A stretch of DNA of 63,173 bases, the filler included, from Octopus bimaculoides (Eukaryota), in the NCBI RefSeq assembly GCF_001194135.2. It is 8 parts of 8 records of this genome, joined end to end, with 100 filler letters (N's around TTAATTAATTAA, not from the genome) between each part and the next. Parts side by side here need not be neighbours in the genome. Positions count along the whole stretch, not along the records: positions 37,000 to 56,131 come from NC_068987.1; 7 more parts are not named here. The stretch is one strand, 5' to 3'. Of the stretch, positions 36,900 through 50,289 are shown piece after piece. Position numbers and translations under genes: made by a program. Under the pieces are notes generated by a model. That model did no database searches, had not been told where the DNA came from, and worked only from the letters and a program-made list of their open reading frames with translations. Each line of letters begins with the position of its first letter. Within the stretch, counting starts at the first letter, position 1.

Positions 36900-37499
36900 N
36901 NNNNNNNNNNNNNNNNNNNNNNNNNNNNNNNNNNNNNNNNNNNTTAATTAATTAANNNNNNNNNNNNNNNNNNNNNNNNNNNNNNNNNNNNNNNNNNNNT
37001 ATATATATAATATTCGTAGGATATAATTTATCGTATGGAAATAATCTTTACACTAAGTTTCAGGTTTCTTTGCTTCTTGACACCATGATGTAATCAGAAG
37101 GAGTGACGTTAAGATAATCCGACTGCTAATCCAGTAAACATAATTGACATTGCACCTATCGTATATCTTCAGATTTGTGTCATTTTATCTGCACTACATA
37201 ACCCAAGAGCACATCCTGTTGAACAGATAATGTTAAGGCGCACTCGATGCCCTCGCAGGCTAAATTTGAAATTGTAAAACCTTGTCATCACTGTTGTTGA
37301 ATAAAACCAGCTTTTTTCTAACCAATCCGCTATGATAAAAATATAGTCAGAATAATGAAAATATATACTGCTGAAAAACAAAATCAAATATCAAATATAG
37401 AAAATATAGAAGTGATAAGATGCGTAAAAGGATTGGACTAATTCCACTGGTACGATTATGGATGTTCCTCTTCCCACTGGGAATTCTGCTAGATTGTCT

Positions 37500-37876
37500 G
37501 TTGGCACTCCGTCGCTTACGACGTCGAGGGTTCCAGTTGACCCGATCAACGGAACAGCCTGCTTGTGAAATTAACGTGCAAGTGGCTGAGCACTCCACAG
37601 ACACGTGTACCCTTAACGTAGTTCTCGGGGATATTCAGCGTGACACAGTGTGACAAGGCTGACCCTTTGAAATACAGGCACAACAGAAACAGGAAGTAAA
37701 AGTGAGAGAAAGTTGTGGTGAAAGAGTACAGCAGGGTTCACCACCATCCCCTGCCGGAGCCTCGCAGAGCTTTTAGGTGTTTTCGCTCAATAAACATTCA
37801 CAACGCCCGGTCTGGGAATCGAAACCGCAATCCTATGACCGCGAGTCCGCTGCCCTAACCACTAGGCTATTGCACC
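37500..37876 (-). mobile_element. Full-length tRNA-derived SINE, family D
   Basis: Head GGTGCAATAGCCTAGTGGTTAGGGCAGCGGACTCGCGGTCATAGGATTGCGGTTTCGATTCCC (A and B boxes), with body through GGAACCCTCGACGTCGTAAGCGACGGAGTGCCAA. The same head appears at 63127-63173. Confidence 0.9.
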
Positions 37877-39504
37877 TACACTCTACTAGATTAGGCATGG
37901 AGCAATACATTCTTGAACAGATCTAGGCTCCAGTTTTGACGAAATCGATGTATAAAATGCATTCATCTCCTAAAACTGTTGATTTCCCACGTCTTTTTTG
38001 GTGAAAATACAAATTATGAAAATCAGAAATTGAACTGACAAGAATTACTTACAGAATGAAATAAAGTATGAATTATGTAAAATATTTCGTGAACGTTTTG
38101 GAAATCATAGATGTTATTCAACAAAGTAAAAGTAGAAGGCCATTATTAATAATAATTTCAAATGCCTACTAAGCGTAAATCTTCCTCCTTCATTGCAGAG
38201 ACAAGGTTGTAAAAGCAAGACTGAATAGATGTTTAGAAAATGATTAAAGAAATACAACTCTGTAATTGTCTACACTAATATCTGTACAAACACACACGTA
38301 TGCGTAACTTTCCCTTTGGTAAAATATACGTATATATGATACATAGATATGTATGTGTCTCTCTCTATATATATATAGGAAAGAAATTCATTATATAAGG
38401 TCAACAAAGCTAGAATTAAAATTAGGGTTGCTAACCATTTACATAGCTTTAAACATAGACAAAAAATTAACTCTACCGGATTAACTAAATTCTTCTGGGA
38501 ATTAAATGACAATATATATGAGTTGTGTACCGAAGAGGTATATAAAATTCTTACATCTAGGAACCAATCTACTTAGCCTTAGAATTGTCGTCATTTAGCG
38601 AAATATGTTGTCTCTATGTATAATTAAAAATATACTTATTATAATGTAACATGACACTATATAATATAATATTCATATAATATCCTCTAATATTTACAAG
38701 GCATTTTACCTATTGGCATAATAGATTAGAATTATTTTACCTATTGATATAATAGATTTAGAGTAATATGTACCAATTTATTAGAAGAATCTTCTGAATC
38801 CATTTGACCATAAATTCTGCGAATGTAATACACTTATTCTATATGTATACCTAACTGTATATTATCGATTATTTCTCTTATAATAGATGCTATAATCAAA
38901 CTTATTGCCTTACATTAATAATTAATATTCAAATAAAATTTCAAAACACTAACTAATAATAATTATTAATTAATTTACAGTGGTTAATTGAATCGTTATG
39001 TATCAAATATGTTTCGTGAATATTACTAGAAACATTAATTGAGATGACCCAATGCACAAGATTTCTATCTATAAGTAACGTAATAACATTTTCCCATATT
39101 TCTACATAACTGAATAATATAGAATATTTCTCTTATAATACACCTTATATTCGGCCTACTTATATTATGTTAATATAAACATTAAACAATAGTTAATAAT
39201 ACTTATTAATTAATTAATAGAGATGAAATAATTTTTTATATATCGTGAATATGACATAAATTTTGTCTCAGAACTAATTAGGATGACGTAATGCACCAGA
39301 ACTCTATGTATCACTAATGTAAACAAATAATGTATATCCGTCGTGCTCGTTATATGGGCGATATAAACCAAGGCTTTATGTAAATGTCATTCTGAGTAAA
39401 TGAATCTGATTTCAGCATTAATTTGATTACACTGTAATATAAACAAATACTAACGAATTGAATAATCTAATGCTTATGGCATATGTGTGCACGTATGCCT
39501 TGTG

Positions 39505-39548
<44 letters not shown>

Positions 39549-39570
39549 TATATACATGCACAGATACACA

Positions 39571-39918
39571 TGTTTGTCACATATTTCAACTGCTTAATGC
39601 AAATATACTGCAGTCACCGTGGAGAAAGATCTCTGTTATGGAAAAAAAGGGTGTGAAAACAGCCAGTTCGTTAAGTGTCGCTCTCTCTCGGGAATTTCAG
39701 ACATCGATGTTTCGAGTTTATTGACTCTTGTCGATGAGATGTACTTGATGAGATGTACTTGAACGAACAGAATAAAGCTTATAGTGGTATATATAATTCA
39801 GCGAACATATTGACTGATTTGCGCCAGTAGATCGCACGATCGAGAAAAATATCGGAGATATTTTTTCCACGGTAACTGCAGTGTATTTACCTTTAGCAGT
39901 TGAAATATGTGACAAACC
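39571..39918. mobile_element. MITE with ~60-bp TIRs and CA/TA flanks (Tc1/mariner-type TSD)
   Basis: TGTTTGTCACATATTTCAACTGCTTAATGCAAATATACTGCAGTCACCGTGGA versus TCCACGGTAACTGCAGTGTATTTACCTTTAGCAGTTGAAATATGTGACAAACC-TA. Confidence 0.85.
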
Positions 39919-39956
39919 TATTTTGACTAACCTAAATTGCGATTACACGTACATAT

Positions 39957-40109
<153 letters not shown>

Positions 40110-42609
40110 CAACTCAGAATGTAAAGACAAAGATTACTTTTAATCATCGAAATTACAAGCTATACATAAACGTCTTCCATCTCATTACATTCTTATTTAG
40201 ATTTTTTTTTAAATCTCCCTTGTCAACTTTTTCTGAATCTATGCTTTATTGCTAGAGGCCCTACATTTGATTCTAAGAGCTGCTGCTTTCCTTATATATA
40301 ATTTCTTTATAAAGTATCAACTTTGAAATTGCTAGAGAATCTGTGAAAGCAAGTGAAATATTGTTTCATACACTGTAGGTTTTACTTACGTCTACTGTAA
40401 TTGCATTTGTTGGATGCACTGTTCCCTGCTTATCCAATGCTTATCTAGTGGCACTGACGACTAAAATTTAGTCGCTGTGCCACATTGCATTTTCGAACAG
40501 TTTTGTAAGTGTGCATTCTCTTTTAACAATAAATACTCATTAGCATGTATTAAGTAAATATGCCATTTCACCAGCACAAAACGCTTTCCATATACACGAA
40601 CAGACCTTACAATGATGTCATATATAAGCCTAACTTTAACCATAAACCGAAACCTGAATGTAACTCAATTCCTAAAGCTAATCCAAACCCTAAACCTAAG
40701 CCTAATCATAACAATATCCATAAACCTAACTCTAATATTTTTGGGTGAAATATTTAGCCTCACATACAATAGGTTGTTTTGCATCCTTCCAGAGAGTGGG
40801 AGTCATTAATACTCCACATTGGCTGAATCTGCCCAAAGCAACGTTATGGAGGAGTAGGGACAGTTATAGTATGGTGAGAATATAGAAGAGAATTGAGTGA
40901 CGGAGAAATGCCAGCATTACTGTAAGGAAGAAAGCTTCAAAGGCAAAATGTGATGGCATTGATTATGGTTGAGAGAGACGAAGATGACAGATATATGCAT
41001 TAAGGTGAGTGAGTGAGTAAGAGAGCGGGAGAGAGATGGATAATCGTAGCTCTTTGGTAAGATGGCATGATGGACGTCAGTAGTAAAAACACAACCCATA
41101 GATTATAATGAAAATAATGACTAGATCTTACATGAAGAATATCTTTATGCCAGGATGAAATACCAAACTAGTTTTTAAATTATAGAAAATTGACAAATAT
41201 TTTGACTTCTTTGCAAGTCAGACAAGAATAGAATGCATTTCTGAATGATGTAATTTCGTCGTTTGATATCTTATTATGAACTGTTCAGTTATATTTCAAT
41301 TAACGATACACGCTAGTATTTCTAGCATTGACGATTCAGTGATTTTTAATAACGGGCCGCACAGGTGGAAGTTTCTGCAGAAAGGAATAATACCGCTTAT
41401 TTTTGTTGCTTAATACGATGTGCTCAATTTTGGCAATGCAGTAGAGTAATTAGTGAAGAGGTAACACAATAGAGATTTGGTAGCATAATCTAAGCAATCG
41501 AAGAAGTCTCATGATTCGGAGTAGAAAAGTACAATTCATAAATTTCGATATTCTAGACTTCATTGTAACGTTTTGATTTATATTTAGCACACTCATTCTT
41601 TACTGCTGGGTTAACTCTAAGCAGCAACAATTATGTTGCACTGGTATTGAAGTTATTGAAGGCATACACCCAGGGCATATTTCTTATCAACATAAATCCA
41701 ATTTTACGTTGCGGGGATACACAGCTGTTATATGTATATGGAAGTAAATAAGATATAATTGCTTTTAATTGTGTCAATAAATACATAACGCTAATATGTT
41801 ATAATATGTATTCTCTGCAATTTCACCTTACAATTTGGTGTGGGGCCAAAATGAAAACCTCAATTAATTTGAAAGTGTAACGAAGCCGAAGATATTTTAC
41901 AGAATGGAACCAACTTATAAAGAGTATCGGCATAAATTTCCAACAAGCTTGGCAAGATCAAACGGTGGTTTGCCTTGATGAAATTATATAGTATTTAGTT
42001 ATGCACACAGAATAAAGTACACCTTATCAGAACATAACAGTCAACAGATGAATATTAGAATTGTTTACTTTAAATATCGCATTAGAGAGTGTCGCTAAAT
42101 ATATCGACAGAGAATTGATGAAAGAATAAGTAGTTCGGATATAAAACTACCATAGTAACGAATACAGCGGTTAAATAACCAATTTGTATTTTATCATTTC
42201 ATATTTGAGTTTAGTAAAAAAAAAAACAGTAAATGATGCATATATTCGCTTACATCCATGATTGTGTTTATTCTCACCAAATTATAGTTCAGTATGATAA
42301 CAGATAATATAAACATAATTTTGATTTTCAAAAGAGAAACCGATTTATTTTTTATGTAACAAATCTCTTCTCAAACGCCTAATATCAAATTTTATTCATA
42401 ATATGGCAGTTAATTCAATCATAAATTATATTAATAAATATTAAAGTAATTTCGTACATAATATAGATAGCTAGTAAGGTAAATTAGCGACATCAGGTAT
42501 ACATCAAGATTTTGGTTCATGAAACAGCTATTACGTAGCACATCCTAAGTAAGTAGACTTTGAAGGACACTAAACAATAACATCCATAATATGTACATGT
42601 ATCATATTT

Positions 42610-42830
42610 ATTTCAGTCATTAGACAGCGGCCATGCCGGGGCACTAGTTTTCAGAGATTTAGTGGAACAGATTTCTTTTCTTTAATCATGGTATTTATTC
42701 TATCGCTAAGTAACGGTCATGTAAAAAAAAAAAATACTAAAAAAAATACTAAAAAAAAAAAATACTAAAAAGGACAAAAACGACCTGATTGACAAAATGT
42801 GGTGGGCAACCAGATACACACACATGCGCA
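42610..42830 (-). mobile_element. SINE family B tail, decayed
   Basis: TTTCAGTCATTAGACAGCGGCCATGCCGGGGCAC...GGTATTTATTCTATCGCTAAGTAACGG. Confidence 0.65.
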
Positions 42831-42975
42831 CTCTCTCACACATACAAACACACACTCACACAAATGCACAAACAACTCCCACAAACACACACAAACAAAC
42901 AAATACACACACACAAACATAAGCAAGCAAACACACACACATGCACTAACAAACAAATATTTATATATATACACA

Positions 42976-43882
42976 CGAGGTCTGATTAATAAGTATCCAG
43001 ACATACCGTAGCAACAAAGCTAAAGCACACAGAGTGAAGTCAATTGGCATAGATTGATCTTCAACTTTGCTGTCCCTGCGCACTGAGGTATAATGTTGTA
43101 GCTCACATCTGCTGCTTACAGCAGTGCTTGGAAGGAACGTGTGTTGCGTGTGATCGTCGCATTAACCGTGACAGAGAAAGTTGTCATGGGGATACCTGCT
43201 CAGAGGCCTACACAAAGTTGTAGAAAGTGTATGGAGAGGAGTGTATGAGGCACACGCAAATGTAGGAGTTGTTCACACGTTTCCAAGATGGCCGAAAAAG
43301 ATGTCGATATTTACAAACGTTCTAGGAGGCCCGCAACCAGCAGAACTGAGAAAACATCGCAGATGTGCATGCAGCTGTGATTGGAAATCGTCGATTCACT
43401 TTCCATGAGTTATCAGAGGATGTGCAGATTAGTTACGATTCAGTTCAGTCCATTATCCCTGAAGATGTGGGTATGAGATGCGTGTCAGCCAAGTTTATGT
43501 TAAAACCGCTTTCAGCTGACCAAAAGCTCACTCAGGTTTCGGTTGCACAAGATCTCCTTGATTGTGTCAAGAATGATGAAAACATTTTGAGAACTCTCTG
43601 TGGGCATCTGAGACGGTATCGCCAAGCTTTTGGCATCTGAGTAGGTGTCTGCAGGAAGCTTTCGGCAAAGATTCGTGCAGACTTTCTGCTCTACTTTCTC
43701 TGTCATGGCCAATGCAACAATCACACGCTTTACACGTTCCTTCCAAGAACTGCTGTAAACAACAGGACTAGGCTAAAACGTCAAACTTTAGTGCGCATGC
43801 ACAGCAGAGTTCAATATCAATGTGCTAAGCAACGTTACTTTCCGTTTTTTAGCTTCTTTACAATAGTAGCAGTCCGGGTGCT
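42976..43882. mobile_element. Third copy of the fold-back mariner derivative (opposite orientation to 322-1198)
   Basis: TIR CGAGGTCTGATTAATAAGTATCCAGAC. Long arm encodes decayed transposase (GNRRFTFHELSEDV, MRCVSAKFM, ENIL). Short inverted arm MTEKVEQKVCTNLCRKL ends AGTCCGGGTGCT. Confidence 0.85.
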
Positions 43883-43885
43883 GCC

Positions 43886-43923
<38 letters not shown>

Positions 43924-43984
43924 TATATCTATGTGTGTGTGTGTATATATACCGCTAAGCGTTTCGCCCGGTGTGCTAACATTT

Positions 43985-44200
43985 CCTATTTCTTTATTAC
44001 CTACAAGGGGCTAAACATAGAGGGGACAAACAAGGACAGACAAAGGGATTAAGTCGATTATATCGACCCCGGTGCGTAAGTGGTACTTATTCAATCGACA
44101 CCGAAAGGATGAAAGGTAAAGTCGACCTCGATGGAATTTGAACTCAGAACGTAGCGGCAGACGAAATACCCGGCGTGCTAACGTTTCTGCCAGCTTGTCA
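43985..44200 (-). mobile_element. SINE family A with long, Tx1-LINE-like 3' tail
   Basis: Core GGTACTTATTCAATCGACACCGAAAGGATGAAAGG. Tail TTTCTTTATTACCTACAAGGGGCTAAACATAGAGGGGACAAA resembles 13580-13625. Confidence 0.85.
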
Positions 44201-45254
44201 CCCTTATGCCTGTAAATATTGGAGCACTGGCATATGTAATACACTGCCTAAATACCAATCTTGAGGAATTAGGCTTCTGGTAACCAGAAAGGAGATAACT
44301 GATTCGAAGACTACAGAATAAAAGCCACCTCTGTAAAATCTGGAAAAAAAATCTGTAAAACTTACCTGAAATTTCTCATTTAAGTATACATGAGCATGTC
44401 TAGATATGCAAGTATATGAATGAGAATACATACAGAAACAAAACATATAAATCTGCGCATATACATACAAATATACATGCATACATTCATACAAAATACC
44501 CAGGTGTTGATGAAATATTAATGAAAGGATCTTAGTTCTAGGTTAGAAACCTGCATCTTCTCCATTGGCAGGACAGCTTGAAATAAAGGGGCTTTTTTGT
44601 ATCTTTGTTAGAAACCAGCTACTTCGTTAGAGAAAGAAAAATTTAAATGACTAAGTACAGAAGAGACATACATTCATGAACGTGCACTGCATCACACAAC
44701 GGAGAATAGAAAACTAATTTTAAATATTAGGACGTGGCGCCCTGGGTTAAAAAAAAAAACATAGTGTTTCTATGTTATTCTTGTTCGGAAATAAAAGTGA
44801 ATGTAGTCCCCTGACAGACAATTTCAAAGCTTGTTTACCTCTCCACAGGTAAAAGCTACTCGGCTTCGTACCCCCAAATAATTACATAATTCTGTTCATA
44901 TCTAAATCAGAGATCAATTCTTTCTAACAATCACACACAGACATATATGTGCGAGTTTATATACATACGCACACACATCTACATGCACACACACACACAC
45001 ACAAACGCACGCGCGCACGCTTACATACATACATGCATACATACATACATACGTACGTACATACGTATGTATGTATGTATGTATGTATGTACGTATGTAT
45101 GCATGTATGTATGTATAGGAACCTACCCTTCATAGAATTATCGAAATGATGACAATACATCAGAATATTTTTATTTCAACAAAATTCCTCAACTTAAGTT
45201 CTTCGTCATGTAAATCACCTTCAACGCCGCCACCAGCGACAACAATACAGTAAT

Positions 45255-45258
45255 CATC

Positions 45259-45320
<62 letters not shown>
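45255..45320. repeat. (CAT)n microsatellite
   Basis: Directly visible. Source of the poly-D ORF at 45160-45363. Confidence 0.95.
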
Positions 45321-46926
45321 AGACGATGACCACGATGTAAAAAAAAATCAACCATATCGTCATTGCACTTCATATCAGCTTTACTTTGTCTTTGTATATC
45401 ATGCTATTAGCGTCAGGATTATTTTTCTCATCAATTGTGCCTTCCCCATAATTAGTAAATGCATTTTCATTTTTATCACCATCGTCAGTCAATGTTAGGT
45501 AATGACAAATGCGTGCTGTCGCTTTCAAATCAGGAAATTATATTTCATTACATAAGAATTAACTCAGCGATTGATGCGCATAATCGATTAATCCAGGTGA
45601 CGTAAAAGAATATTTGTCGTCCTATTAGGTTTTGTATATTTTACAATACAAATATATCTATAGAAAGAGCGAAAGAGAGATAGTTTGTAGAGATTGATTC
45701 CTGGCAGTGTTGTATGTACAGAAAAAATTAACCCATTCAACTAATCTTTAAGCAACAACATTGAGTATATCACTACCGATTACTAATTACTCTATCGCAT
45801 TCGTTATATATGGCATGTAATTCCTTTTTGTATGTGTGTTGCATTCGCCATTTAACGGGGGTGGGGTGGAATTGTTAGAGACTGGAAAATACGAAAATGT
45901 TTCGCGACTATAAAATGCTAGAATATCAATGGAGATTTAGTATAATCTGATGTTTATATCACCTAGGAAACATTGATGCTCACATCACACAACGTGATGA
46001 TTGAAACATAAAATGTAAAACTAAACTGCTTTCATCATTTATGAAGGGAATGATTACTTAAGCGTTCGCTATTTTATCTCCAGTCATGATCGTGCACAAC
46101 CGAGAGAGCAACACCTTATTGGGTGTGATCGGAAAGTGTTTAACTATTCAAACACGTGAATTAAATTAAATAATCTTGGGCAACACTGAAATTACCTTCT
46201 ATCAAATTTACTGCCTCACCCTGATTTCTCTAACATGCTTTAATGCGATTATTTGGTCACAGTCTATCCGTGTCTGTGTCGCATTGCATACACCCGCATG
46301 CAAACAAAAATACACACGTAGATAAATATATAAGTATTTGCATACATACATACATACATACATACATACTTCCTATTCAACTAGTTTTTACTCAATTGCC
46401 TAAATAACTGCACAGAAAATCAATCTAATATAGTACGAACAAACACTTAACGATTATATNNNNNNNNNNNNNNNNNNNNNNNNNNNNNNNNNNNNNNNNN
46501 NNNNNNNNNNNNNNNNNNNNNNNNNNNNNNNNNNNNNNNNNNNNNNNNNNNNNNNNNNNNNNNNNNNNNNNNNNNNNNNNNNNNNNNNNNNNNNNNNNNN
46601 NNNNNNNNNNNNNNNNNNNNNNNNNNNNNNNNNNNNNNNNNNNNNNNNNNNNNNNNNNNNNNNNNNNNNNNNNNNNNNNNNNNNNNNNNNNNNNNNNNNN
46701 NNNNNNNNNNNNNNNNNNNNNNNNNNNNNNNNNNNNNNNNNNNNNNNNNNNNNNNNNNNNNNNNNNNNNNNNNNNNNNNNNNNNNNNNNNNNNNNNNNNN
46801 NNNNNNNNNNNNNNNNNNNNNNNNNNNNNNNNNNNNNNNNNNNNNNNNNNNNNNNNNNNNNNNNNNNNNNNNNNNNNNNNNNNNNNNNNNNNNNNNNNNN
46901 NNNNNNNNNNNNNNNNNNNNNNNNNN

Positions 46927-46971
<45 letters not shown>

Positions 46972-47639
46972 CCCACAAACACACACACACACAAATACAC
47001 ACACACACACATACTTGGATCTACAAAGAATGAGGGAAATTTCAGAACGCGAATAACTTACATTACTTTGATCTATTTACATATGGCATAGATTTCTCCA
47101 TGACTCTTCATTTGATTGTATGTGCTGTGTAGTTGGTTTTCAGATCCCATACATGACTACCCAACAGAATCGTTTTATTTTTATCAATATATTGGAAAAA
47201 AAAGGTCGGTAATTTACATAACGGTTCTTTTAAAAATTGCCTTTACATAAAACAACGCACCTTTTCCTTTCCATTGCATTTCCTTGTAGCAATGGTGTAA
47301 CTTCTGTCTCATAAACAGCTGAGTTTATCAAGCCCGCCTGATCGAGCAGGCACGGTTCAGGGTCTCGGCAATTACAACTGGGATTAGTTTATGGGTGTGA
47401 CTTACTGGAAAATATTAAAATACTGACTAGAGATATACGTTCACTAACTTTTAATAATTATTGATAGAATTATGATTCTAGAGTTATGATAATATTCATG
47501 GGTGTTAATGTTGGCTTCATTCCTGAATTCTATAAAAAGCCGACTGGCAATTTTAAAGTCAACCATTTTTGGCCTCAGTATTATATGGAAGTTTAGAGCA
47601 GCGATAAAATACTTATCGGCATTTTGTTCATCTTTATGA

Positions 47640-47825
47640 TCTAGGTTCAAATTCGGCTGAGGTCGACTCCCTTTTGCCTTTCATCCTTCGGAATCGATAA
47701 AATAAGTACCCGTTGAGCACTGGGGTCGTTGTAACCGGCATACTATGGGATTTTAGGGCAGCGAGCTGGCAGATGTTTAATACACCGGTCAAAATGCTTA
47801 GCAGCACCTTGTCCATCTTTGCGTC
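47640..47825 (+). mobile_element. SINE family A body followed by a second head
   Basis: GGTTCAAATTCGGCTGAGGTCGAC...CCTTTCATCCTTCGGAATCGATAAAATAAGTACC, then GGCAGCGAGCTGGCAGA...AAAATGCTTAGC. Confidence 0.75.
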
Positions 47826-47849
47826 TATACCTTGATCTCCCCTGTACGC

Positions 47850-48059
47850 CACCAGCTACAGGTAATAAACGAAACTCGGTTTAATGAGACAAGTATCTTT
47901 TGAAAAGTCACCTGATGAGTCACAACTGCACCGAATGATTCACCACAACCAGGTGTATGGAATCTCACCCAAGATGCACCGACGTACGATATGATTAATA
48001 ATGAGTGATTAATAATGAGTTTCGTGAATTCTATTTTTCTCTTTCTCAGATGTGTCATT

Positions 48060-48062
<3 letters not shown>
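47850..48062 (+). mobile_element. PLE pLTR-like end with decayed hammerhead (same family as 58130-58375)
   Basis: AAAGTCAC-CTGATGA-GTC...GAC with the GAAA core eroded, ATGATT helix I partner, then AATAATGAGTTTCGTGAATTCTATTTTTCT running into (TA)n. Confidence 0.55.
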
Positions 48063-48100
<38 letters not shown>

Positions 48101-48262
48101 NNNNNNNNNNNNNNNNNNNNNNNNNNNNNNNNNNNNNNNNNNNNNNNNNNNNNNNNNNNNNNNNNNNNNNNNNNNNNNNNNNNNNNNNNNNNNNNNNNNN
48201 NNNNNNNNNNNNNNNNNNNNNNNNNNNNNNNNNNNNNNNNNNNNNNNNNNNNNNNNNNNNNN

Positions 48263-48312
<50 letters not shown>

Positions 48313-48863
48313 AAGAGAGAGAGATACACATGGAAAAGGATTATATATATACATATATATACATAGCATATACACATACACACACATAGGCACACACTCA
48401 CTTATAAATATATACACATACGTATATCCTATACATGGATACATGAATAATATATAACGCAATATAAATAAGTGGTGTATCAATATACGTAGAGAGGATG
48501 TGAGAATAGGTAGTGAAGCGAAATATTTTACAACTCGAATAAAATAATAACATAACATAACATAACGAATGTGTCTTTTATATATTTCTTGCTTCAATGC
48601 TCGAAAGACAAGTTGGCTCCAGTCTAACATCCAACAGTTCAAAAGTGACAGCGATTGGATTGATAGGATTAATAGATAGATCTTTGAAACTGAGTCTCTG
48701 CGTTGCTGTTATGTTTGACTTTAGATTTCTAACAAGATATATGATTGTGTGTGTTTGCGAATGCGTATGTATTTGCATATAGAGTGAGGGGCAGAGGAAG
48801 CGAGAGAGAGGGAGAGATATAAAGAGAGGGAGAAACAGGAATGGACTTTCAGAATTGCATGCA

Positions 48864-48908
<45 letters not shown>

Positions 48909-49692
48909 NNNNNNNNNNNNNNNNNNNNNNNNNNNNNNNNNNNNNNNNNNNNNNNNNNNNNNNNNNNNNNNNNNNNNNNNNNNNNNNNNNNNNNNNNNNN
49001 NNNNNNNNNNNNNNNNNNNNNNNNNNNNNNNNNNNNNNNNNNNNNNNNNNNNNNNNNNNNNNNNNNNNNNNNNNNNNNNNNNNNNNNNNNNNNNNNNNNN
49101 NNNNNNNNNNNNNNNNNNNNNNNNNNNNNNNNNNNNNNNNNNNNNNNNNNNNNNNNNNNNNNNNNNNNNNNNNNNNNNNNNNNNNNNNNNNNNNNNNNNN
49201 NNNNNNNNNNNNNNNNNNNNNNNNNNNNNNNNNNNNNNNNNNNNNNNNNNNNNNNNNNNNNNNNNNNNNNNNNNNNNNNNNNNNNNNNNNNNNNNNNNNN
49301 NNNNNNNNNNNNNNNNNNNNNNNNNNNNNNNNNNNNNNNNNNNNNNNNNNNNNNNNNNNNNNNNNNNNNNNNNNNNNNNNNNNNNNNNNNNNNNNNNNNN
49401 NNNNNNNNNNNNNNNNNNNNNNNNNNNNNNNNNNNNNNNNNNNNNNNNNNNNNNNNNNNNNNNNNNNNNNNNNNNNNNNNNNNNNNNNNNNNNNNNNNNN
49501 NNNNNNNNNNNNNNNNNNNNNNNNNNNNNNNNNNNNNNNNNNNNNNNNNNNNNNNNNNNNNNNNNNNNNNNNNNNNNNNNNNNNNNNNNNNNNNNNNNNN
49601 NNNNNNNNNNNNNNNNNNNNNNNNNNNNNNNNNNNNNNNNNNNNNNNNNNNNNNNNNNNNNNNNNNNNNNNNNNNNNNNNNNNNNNNNNNNN

Positions 49693-50100
49693 GAGCACGT
49701 CCCTTGCTGGCTGACGATATGTGCATCTCTGATCATGAGCAGAAGTAGTGGGGGAGCATCATAGCCATGTGTTGAGAGGAATTCTTTGGGGTTTGAATAA
49801 TTCACCTTTGGATACATGGGTGTTTGGCTCAACATCCTTAAACAAACCTTATTCAGAGACCTTTTGAGCGGGATGGGCTACTCGACCTGAAGAAAATTCT
49901 AACTGGGCCCCCACCTACAAGGTCATGCACTGTTTACCTTGATATGAGATCACCATGTCACATACATATGGTTGTGATGCATGTGCCTGGAGTACCCGTA
50001 TCAGACGGGTAGTCATGACGGGTATAATGGGCTTCGTATATTTTACCCCAGTTTCACTTTGATGGATTGCTTTGCTCTCTCACTCAATAATAATATTATT
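49693..50100 (+). mobile_element. Retroposon 3' region ending in a TAA-type tail (probably an R4/Dong-type LINE 3' UTR)
   Basis: Ends GGGCTTCGTATATTTTACCCCAGTTTCACTTTGATGG...CTCTCTCACTCAATAATAATATT. Recognised as a common octopus repeat end; clade assignment is tentative. Confidence 0.45.
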
Positions 50101-50289
50101 ATTTTTATTAACATTACTACTGCAACGACAATTTATCAATAGTGGTAATCCAATAATGCTTTCGTAGTTACAAACACTAACCAAAGTATTTCTGTTGAAT
50201 TATACACTACGAAATATTCTGGGGTGTAGCATTATACTACGGAGATGAAATAGAAACTGCAAAATTTTCACCTACGAAATATATTTATA

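Noticed and set aside
37810-37876. tRNA-like sequence
   Set aside because: It is the head of a SINE (continues into SINE body, recurs at 63127) and has no complete acceptor stem.
40628-40733. Interstitial telomere or chromosome-fusion signature
   Set aside because: Units are too degenerate, single-orientation and short; better explained as a transposon-internal repeat.
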